Below are positions 56,501 to 64,000 of a stretch of DNA of 64,000 nt, piece after piece. The DNA comes from Bugula neritina (taxonomy: Eukaryota; Animalia; Bryozoa). The position numbers and the translations under genes were made by a program. The notes beneath the pieces are model-generated. The model had not been told where the DNA came from. It did not search any database and worked only from the letters and a program-made list of their open reading frames with translations. Numbering within the stretch: position 1 is the stretch's first letter; each line of letters opens with the position of its first letter. The DNA lies in assembly GCA_964035545.1 (NCBI GenBank), contig OZ037766.1, positions 17,633,081-17,697,080 on the forward strand, written 5' to 3'.

Positions 56501-59500
56501 CTGGTAGAGTCTTCAAGTTAACAGAGATCAAAGGAGGAAGGCTGCAAAAGTAATGTTACTTACTGCCTAGAGGTAGGTTAACAATTGCACAAATAATAAA
56601 GATATATAACTTTTTGCAGCTAAGTCGTTTTACACATTAGAAGGCTTGAGAATTACTGGCTCTAACTAAGAGAATGGTTCAAATAAAGTAAAAGATAGAT
56701 GATAAATTGCAGGAGGAACACATGTGAGAGACATAATGCAATCATAAGACACGTTTTCCTTCCTATATCTTGAGAGTGATCTATCTGCTGCATACGGTTA
56801 TGTGAACTTGGTGTGTCTCAACCTCTTCATGCTAGACACAATTAATAGGAAGAATTTCAAATGAAAATAACTTTCAGCGGAAAGCGATCAGTGGCTTTAT
56901 TAAAACTGTAATTTTGTTCTCGAGAACTTATGCACCACGCTCGAAAGCAAAAAAAATGTGAGAAGCCAATTTCAATTTAAAATGAAACCTTTAACACTTA
57001 GTTACAGGACTGCAAAATTCTTTTTTATCAAATTTCATAGCATAGAAGTGAGAATAGCACATATGAGTTTTATCTAAGTTAAACAACATACTTCTTTTTA
57101 GTATTGATTCACAATTTCTTTTGATTTTGACAGTACTATTTAATCTGCTTTATTGTTGCACTATTAGATTAGGTTCAGTAGGCAATCACCGGCTTTCCAT
57201 GTACCGATCTCAGATCGATCTCAGCGAGAACGATCCATGGAAAGACGCCAAAGATCGATCTCCGTCGATCTGAGCTGGTCGGTCTGTGGAGCTCGAACTC
57301 AGATCGATCTCATGTCAATAAGACCATGGAAAGACGCCAGATCGATCTGAGAAGTAAAAAAAGACTGCTCGCTACATTGTTGTCTGCTAATAAAAATGAT
57401 AACTTATTGATAATTACTAAGCAAAGTATTAAATAATTACGATAGCCACCTTTTCAGATGCCAAAACTTTGACTTTCAGTACAACGGTTAAGAAAACTCA
57501 ATTATATGTAGTAGAAGGTGAAAAAATGGGAGAATTTAAATTGAATTTAAATGACTATTAAAACTCAGTTTCATTAGCTATTTTCTTTGTAATTTTAAGC
57601 CTAACAGTCCTGTAAGTTTATTAATAATCTGCAAGACAGCCATTAATTTTATATAAGCTGTCAAGCTAAAAAATTATCATTAATTATTTTAAATTGGCCA
57701 AATTACTATACACTGAAAGCATTGTTGCGTATAGTTTATAGCTGGGATTAAATTTTAGACTACAACCATCTTGTTTTCAACAGTAGAAGCTTTAATCACT
57801 CAAATAGGTGAACAAATTATACTTTTAAAGTATCCTTCACTTAAGAGGGGGCAACTTCGCGAGATCGATCTGACACTCTCATGGAAAAACGATCGATCTG
57901 AGCACATGTTTCAGATCGATCTCAGCGAGATCGATCTGAGATCGGTACATGGAAAGCCCGTGATTATTCCTCTACTACCTGGCAAACTAGTGAATAAAAG
58001 TTAGCAAGGGGTTGTATTACAACCAATTAAAACTGTTACAGCACTTACTTTTCGTCTCTCCACACAAGTTGGCTTTCAAAAGGTTCTTTGAGCATATCAT
58101 ATGGTGAAGATGCTAGTGGTGCATCAGCATTAGTGAGTCTAGGAACCATTTGGGGTGGTCTTGCAGGTTTGGACTTGGCATTCACAGCTGTGCTGTGCAT
58201 TGGTTTAGGACTAGGAGGCTTTTCAGGTTTTACTTTAAGAGACATTCTTTTGCTTGCTTCTACTTTCGCTTTGTGCATCTCAAGAGTGATGGCTGTGTCT
58301 AAGGAATGGTTGGAATGCACGGAGGAGGGACGTTTTTGCTGTGCTACAACAAGTGTCAGCAGAGTAAAAATGAAACATAATTTACAGAGTTATCTACAAT
58401 ATGATTTATTATATATAATAACTATTTCCAAATAGTCAAGCAACCAATTGACATCATAGATTTCAATTTGTAAGATGAGATATGAAAATCATATATTATA
58501 AAAATTCAACTCAACAGTCAATAAATGTTTCCAAAAGATATTCAATGCTCCACCGAGCGTCCAACCTTTCAACAAATCTTATAAACACAAGCTTCGCGAT
58601 TTTTATGAAATCATTATTCATAATCCAAACTTTATATAATATAATCAAGTAATTAACTGAAAAGTGCTATTTTATGTACAGGTGTGTCACATATCTTACC
58701 ATTGTAGCTAGCTTCATTTTCAGCCATAGCCAAGCCACTGGTGACAGGTACACTAGAACAAGTTGTGGTTTGAATTTCTAGGAAATTAGTTGGGCAGAGT
58801 CCTATTACCCCACTACTGGTGTTCACTTTTGACCAGTCATTATTTGTCCATAATATTGTTACCTGTTCGTTTTTACTGAGAGAAACTTTTTCATCTGTCA
58901 TGCTCTTGAATTCAAATAATACTTTAGCAGATGTACTAGCAGTTAATGGAGAGTCAGATGGAAGCTGCATGGTTGGTCGAGTAGCAGTGTGAGTTGAGTC
59001 CGTTATCTTGACATATCCCAATGGGAACAAGCCACTCACACCATTACATGTGCCACTCCACCAACCCATGTCCACTTCATGAATATCGGTAACAATTTCA
59101 CCACTGACCAATGACAGTTCAGCGTCAGATTCTCCAATGAAGTCATACACAACCTGGCCACACAATGATTGTGTAGGTGTTGGGCCACTTGCCTGAGAGT
59201 CACCGAGGAGTGCTGTGAGATCACGCAGGAATATGCCACACTTGCCATTGCAAGACCCTACAACAAGTCGTAGCAATAAGACTTTTACTGCCTTTACATA
59301 AAACAAATATCATGCCACTCAAAAATACAATTTTTTTAATTTACTACATTAGAATAAAGGATTGGAGGACTCCCATAACGTGCTATCGAGGGTACACACT
59401 AACACACATATATGTATACATGTGGGTAAAATTAGCAAGCACCATATCTAATACTATCAATCTAGCTATAGTTATAATGACAGTACAGTTATAATGGTTT

Positions 59501-62077
59501 TAAAGTTATTGTATAGCTATTAAAACAAACTCAAGAGCAAATAACACTCCTTCCAAAGTCACTTTGTACAGCCTAATCCAGCTCTCAATGTTAGGATGTA
59601 ACTCACACAAGTTTATGGTCACCATCCCTGTAAGAAACCTGGAAGGGCTTTTTTATTGAATAGGGCTAAGAACTTATTCAGATGGAGCACATGAGCAATT
59701 ATGACTGGATGCTCTTCCTAACATCACCAATGGCCTAACTAGGTTCGAACCCCTGACTTTGTGCTTACGAAGCAAACACTCTAACCCCTAGACCACGGCT
59801 GCTCCCTGCTCCTAATGTTAGGATGTAACAAACTATTTAAAACGAACAGTTTTGAAGAATGAGTATTAAATGAGTATCCAACTTAACAGACCTATAAGCC
59901 AATCAGCATCCTTTTCTTCTAGCACATCAATGATATCACCTGCAGAAAAAGTCAGCTCATCGTTCAATTGTGCTTCTGCATCTATAATGGCCTTGACTTG
60001 GTATAACACATCTTTTGAATGGCTTACAGAATTTATGGCTACATCCAGTGAAGCTGTTTCTGCTGTAGTAAGAAATAAATAACAAACTGAAACTGCATTT
60101 TATTACTATTACTGAAATAATGTACAAGTTTTAGATCCTACTGCAATGATAACTATGCAAAGCTAGTTAAGCTAAATTTATACCAGATTTATCCTCGTGA
60201 GTAGACAACTTCAATTCAACTTCATGTACACAAGTAAGGGGGAATATTCCAACTTCACCATTGAGTTGTCCTCTCCACCAATCTGCATTCACTGGCTCAA
60301 GTCCAGCTATCAAGTCGCCTGAAAAATAGAAGCTGTATTACATTATACCTCACTGATTTTATCCTTCAAGGTGCAGATATGACCCAGATACTCCATTGGA
60401 TGTCAATATATTTACCTAGTCTACATACTATTATGAGACTACATTGCTATCTTTCTTGAGGCAAAGGCAATATCTGATGAGACATATTCAAATGTTGATG
60501 GTTTTTAACACTCATTGTTGATAATGAAAATGAAAAAATTAGCTTTGAAGAGTGAATGCTTAATCCAGTGCAATATAACATGATCATAATATAAGTTTTC
60601 CAAAACTATATCAGTGCTGCTGTTTTAGAAGCAAGGTGAGAGTTGAAAGCTGCTAATAAGCACATTGCTTGGTTTAGTGTATGGAGTTAGCCCTACATAT
60701 AAACATTTTCTTTTGCCAGTGCTAACAAAAATATTAACAATGTTATTGTGAGTACTGTAAGCAACTGAAGCTACATGAGCAAAAAATTCACCATTACTGT
60801 AATGTGTGTTAGCACTTCATTATATAGTAGATAAAATAAGCTGATAAAAACAGACACAATAGTGGGTAGCATTTGATGACTCTGTTTAACTGCATGTATA
60901 TACATGCATCATAAGGTAATGAAGATTACCATCCGCTAGTACATTGGACACTAGATAAATCTATAACCAGATAGCCATCATTTGTGTTTCATTACAAATA
61001 AATTAAGTTATTTACATGATATGGAAAAAGTTGATGAAAGTGACACATATGCACAAGTTGGGGTAAATGCAGCTACCACAAGTTACAGAATGAACCATTA
61101 CAATCATTGCTACTGTGTAGTGTGTTGGATTTCAAGTTGATTATCTTGTGTAAGTAGAGTCAATATTCAGTGTGTAAAAGGACAAAGAATGGCTGGCACA
61201 TCTTATAACTTAGAGCATAACAACATAAAGTTATTAGATAGTTAATAAAGAGAGCCAAGTCTTGACTCATTAGTTTTATTCTGAGCCTTCCATAACAACA
61301 AAACTAAATAGTTAACATTTTAGCCTAAATACTATCTGCCAGAAGAGTTAATAAAGAGAGGTACCTGTTGATTTAAGTTCATTTGCAACTTAGTTTATTA
61401 ACACTAATGACAGCTACCAACCCGGGTTTACTGCAAGGTCTCCAGGTTGTAGTTCAGGAAACTGCTCTACACAAACAAAAACCTTCCCTTTTAATGGAAT
61501 AGCAATGGGTTTGTAGGTCTCCACAAAAGCTGAAGGAAAATTTCCCATTTGCCCTCTACTGTAGCCTGTCAACCAGTCTTTATTTACCTATGCAAACCAA
61601 AGCTTAATGCAAGTATATGGTATAAAATGCCAGATATTCAGTTTATAAAATTACTTACTTAAAATCGTACAAAATTTAACGCGCTTATACTATATGCAGC
61701 TCATTTTTAGCTAGATTTGCTTGACTACATATTAATGAAATTATACTTTAGTAGGATGAAGCAGATTAATTAAACCTATGAAGATTTGTGGAAAGTAACC
61801 GATACACATGTGGCATAAAATGACCCAGTAAGCTACTATCTACATTATATTACAATATACACCCTAACTATGGAATATGAGATTAAAGCTACACTATTAA
61901 CACCCAACTGGTTTGACATTGCAATAGGGGAGTTTTCTGTAAATAAAAGAGCACCCTTTTAAAAGAACTAACCTCTGCCAAAACCTGCAAATAATTAGAT
62001 GCATGCAAAGTTATCTCATCAGGCTCATTTGTTTCAAAGTCATAGAGAACTCTGCAGACTGTAATCTTTTTAGCCAT
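41560..62077 (-). CDS. DNMBP: Dynamin-binding protein (Tuba)-like RhoGEF: 5xSH3, Pro-rich region, DH, BAR, 2xSH3
   Basis: Phase-consistent exons: 61973-62077 (MAKKITVCRVLYDFET), 61422-61587, 60184-60318, 59892-60062, 58700-59257, 58049-58343, 56234-56541, 55062-55241, 54519-54601, 52845-52968, 49349-49490, 49117-49207 (EELMNTEEHYLRDL), 47851-47977, 47586-47677 (YAQYC), 46947-47102 (PVQRPPRY), 46655-46760 (HINECKRRKD), 46138-46262, 45908-46012, 45400-45528, 44821-44973 (FQGPNKLIDKRGDKRLDYD), 44434-44616 (ALNNQLKEELP), 43965-44105, 43462-43648 (GVIQQKDPMGNDSRWYVDSG), 42153-42301 (GFIQRSHIRPY), 41560-41745 (terminal SH3, stop TAG). The domain order and the KDPMG and INExKRRKD motifs are characteristic of DNMBP/Tuba. 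Confidence 0.92.
42880..43057. mobile_element. Tc1/mariner (pogo/Tigger-like) MITE
   Basis: TA|CAGTGCTCCCTCTATATTTCAC ... GTGAGATATAGAGAGGGCACTG inverted ends; similar single end TA|CAGTGATCCCTCG at ~54046. Confidence 0.6.
50467..50650. mobile_element. Half copy of the 8704-9066 foldback MITE
   Basis: Aligns by eye to 8705-8885 (atgggtcattttacttaatttagtacacact...). Confidence 0.75.
52318..52450. repeat. Second copy of the two-hairpin repeat
   Basis: tgtataaaagcaggcgagctcgcagtgtagattcagtctactactggagctc matches the reverse complement of ~4462-4512. Confidence 0.6.
53024..53458. mobile_element. hAT-type MITE (uninterrupted copy)
   Basis: TIRs CAGGGTTGG / CCAACCCTG, (GTAATT)n, TSD TCATACAG / TCATATAG. 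Confidence 0.88.
57185..57965. mobile_element. MITE with GATCGATC subterminal repeats (possibly PIF/Harbinger)
   Basis: TIR GGCTTTCCATGTACCGATCTCAGATCGATCTC at both ends; repeated CCATGGAAAG and AGATCGATCT motifs. Confidence 0.8.
59603..59813 (-). mobile_element. tRNA-derived SINE
   Basis: A box TGGTCTAGGGG, B box GGTTCGAACC, anticodon-arm-like TGC-TTCGTAA-GCA; 16-bp TSD AATGTTAGGATGTAAC (59587-59602, 59814-59829). Confidence 0.85.
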
Positions 62078-62569
62078 CGTTTTATGGTGGTATTTAAAAG
62101 TCAAACCATTCTACAAATAGCCACACAAAATCTATAAGCAGTAATATTTTAGCAACATAAAAAGTTAAACCTTAATTTACAGTGTGCTATACAAAAAACT
62201 TACATAGCATGAATATATTTAACCATTTGGAAATTTACAACTGCTTGAAGTGGCATATTATTAAATTTAATGGCATTCATAATTAATTGGTAAAGAGATT
62301 ACACAGACTTAAAAAACAACAATACATAAAAGCAGGATTAGGTTTGGTATTGGCACTAAAGTAAATTAAGTGTATTCTCATTACTAAAATAATCAGTAGT
62401 TGAATTTAAACACAAAAGACTCAAAATTTGAAAGAAAATCACTGAATAGTCAGAATGCATACTAAATTTGAAAGATAGATGAATAATAAATTATAAACAA
62501 TTGTAACGCATTTTGTTCTTACTAGAATTCATCTACATCTAGTAAACATGAAGCAGCCAAAAGAGATAC

Positions 62570-62601
<32 letters not shown>

Positions 62602-62603
<2 letters not shown>

Positions 62604-63614
62604 TTACGAGCTAGCAGTTTGATTATAAATAAGTATACGAGAAACATTGTTGATTTATTACTTTATTAGGTAAAGTAATTATACTGATATTTCGGGTACC
62701 ACTGTACCTATCTTCAGAGTAGCAATGAATGAAATTCAAAAATTATTACGTTACGTTAGACGTTATGCATGACACAAAGAATAGAGAGTGGCAGTTATTG
62801 TAAATTATTGAAACTTAGGGAGATAATATTATTTTATATATTACGCAGGTCAAAAATTATACTGATGTTTTTTGCATAAAAAATAAATTAGAGTTGACAA
62901 AAATATAGATATCCAAATATAAAAACAGCAAGAATTAGTGAAACTATGTGAGAGTTGAGTAGTGTGGAGCTATTGATATAGTTTTAGTGGTATGGAGTAA
63001 TTTTGTTTATTGAGTTGCAGTTTTATTTGTTTAATGCAGAGAGCTTCGGCTACTTTTCGATGGTGGATTCCTTTAAATGAATGATTTAAAACTGTTACAT
63101 TGTCTATTGATATGTTTCCATGATTAGTGGTGGAGATGTGTTGATAAATTTTGGAATTGATGTCATGGCAGTGTTCATGTATCCTGTGTGATAGGCGACG
63201 TCCGGTTTCGCCTACATATGTTTGTTGACAGGTAGCTTCAGGGCAGGTTATTTTGTAGACTAGGTTGTGAATGTGTTCTTTATTGGTTTTATCTTTGAGA
63301 CTAAAATGTGAACTTTTATATTTGGATATCTATTTTTTTGTCAACTCTAATTTATTTTTTATGCAAAAAACATCAGTATAATTTTTGACCTGCGTAATAT
63401 ATAAAATAAGATTATCTCCCTAAGTTTCAATAATTTACAATAACTGCCACTCTCTATTCTTTGTGTCATGCATAACGCCTAACGTAACGTAATAATTTTT
63501 GAATTTCATTCATTGCTACTCTGAAGATGGGTACAGTGGTACCCGAAATATCAGTATAGTTACTTTACCTAATAAAGTAATAAATCAACAATGTTTCTCG
63601 TATACTTATTTATA
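62602..63614 (-). mobile_element. Penelope-like element (Penelope/Poseidon-type), heavily 5'-truncated, inverted pseudo-LTRs, in (TA)n
   Basis: Minus frame 62970-63311 (absent from the ORF track) reads LKDKTNKEHIHNLVYKITCPEATCQQTYVGETGRRLSHRIHEH..RKVAEALCIKQIKLQLNKQ, a GIY-YIG endonuclease. Inverted repeat 62624-62924 / 63314-63614 with about 5 mismatches. Confidence 0.9.
63515..63560 (+). ncRNA. Minimal hammerhead ribozyme in PLE pseudo-LTR (mirror copy ~62680-62725 minus)
   Basis: TACT-CTGAAGA-T-GGGTAC(AGTG)GTACCC-GAAA-TATC-AGTA; palindromic ATAT in place of stem III, as in dimer-type minimal hammerheads. Confidence 0.7.
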
Positions 63615-63628
63615 TATATATATATACG

Positions 63629-63662
<34 letters not shown>

Positions 63663-63693
63663 CGTATATATATATATACATATATATATATAC

Positions 63694-63734
<41 letters not shown>

Positions 63735-63792
63735 CATATATATATATATATACATATAATTATATATACATATAATTATATATACATATATA
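63611..63792. repeat. Degenerate (TA)n microsatellite
   Basis: Direct reading; shorter partner tract 62574-62601. Confidence 0.95.
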
Positions 63793-63965
63793 GTTGAGCA
63801 GTTAGCACCTTCTATTACCATTGTATCTAAAACAACAGTTTGATCAATTTGTCTTGTCAATACATAATTTAGATCATGTTTGGAAATGGTGTTAGTGATG
63901 ACCAGGTTGCGCTCGGAGGCAGAAGGCCAATAGTATTTTGCCATTCAAATTATACTTTCCTAAAC
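63793..63965 (-). mobile_element. Decayed RTE-like LINE endonuclease fragment
   Basis: Across a frameshift: [15 protein letters not shown] / [19 protein letters not shown], matching the APE endonuclease motif NxNGxxLLxFC..LVITNTxF..IDYVL. Confidence 0.55.
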
Positions 63966-64000
63966 TGTAATAACCAAACACTCTAGGCCAGCCTCTTTGA

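Noticed and set aside
59745-59806. tRNA gene call
   Set aside because: No acceptor stem; continues into a SINE body with TSD and multiple copies.

Overview
AT-rich, intron-rich invertebrate-animal genomic DNA (species not determinable from this window) with three spliced minus-strand genes reconstructed by hand from GT-AG boundaries and phase continuity. (1) The 5' half of a CD109/TEP/alpha-2-macroglobulin-family gene (408-15539, running off the left edge); its bait region is encoded by two alternative, same-phase exons separated by only 25 nt. (2) A full-length dynamin-binding protein/Tuba-like RhoGEF (5xSH3, Pro-rich, DH, BAR, 2xSH3; 41560-62077). (3) A diverged tandem partial duplicate of it (DH, BAR, SH3; 21422-34020), whose terminal SH3 exon shares 165 identical nt with the parent and whose DH domain lacks two conserved GEF residues. 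Introns and intergenic DNA hold a decayed Ty3/Gypsy element with an extra zinc-finger/coiled-coil ORF, two Penelope-like elements with inverted pseudo-LTRs and minimal hammerhead ribozymes, a ~190-bp hammerhead-bearing mini-element, a solo LTR, tRNA-derived SINEs, several MITE families (one nested), an RTE-like fragment and long (TA)n tracts that host several of the insertions. Exon coordinates were counted by eye and may be off by a few bases.
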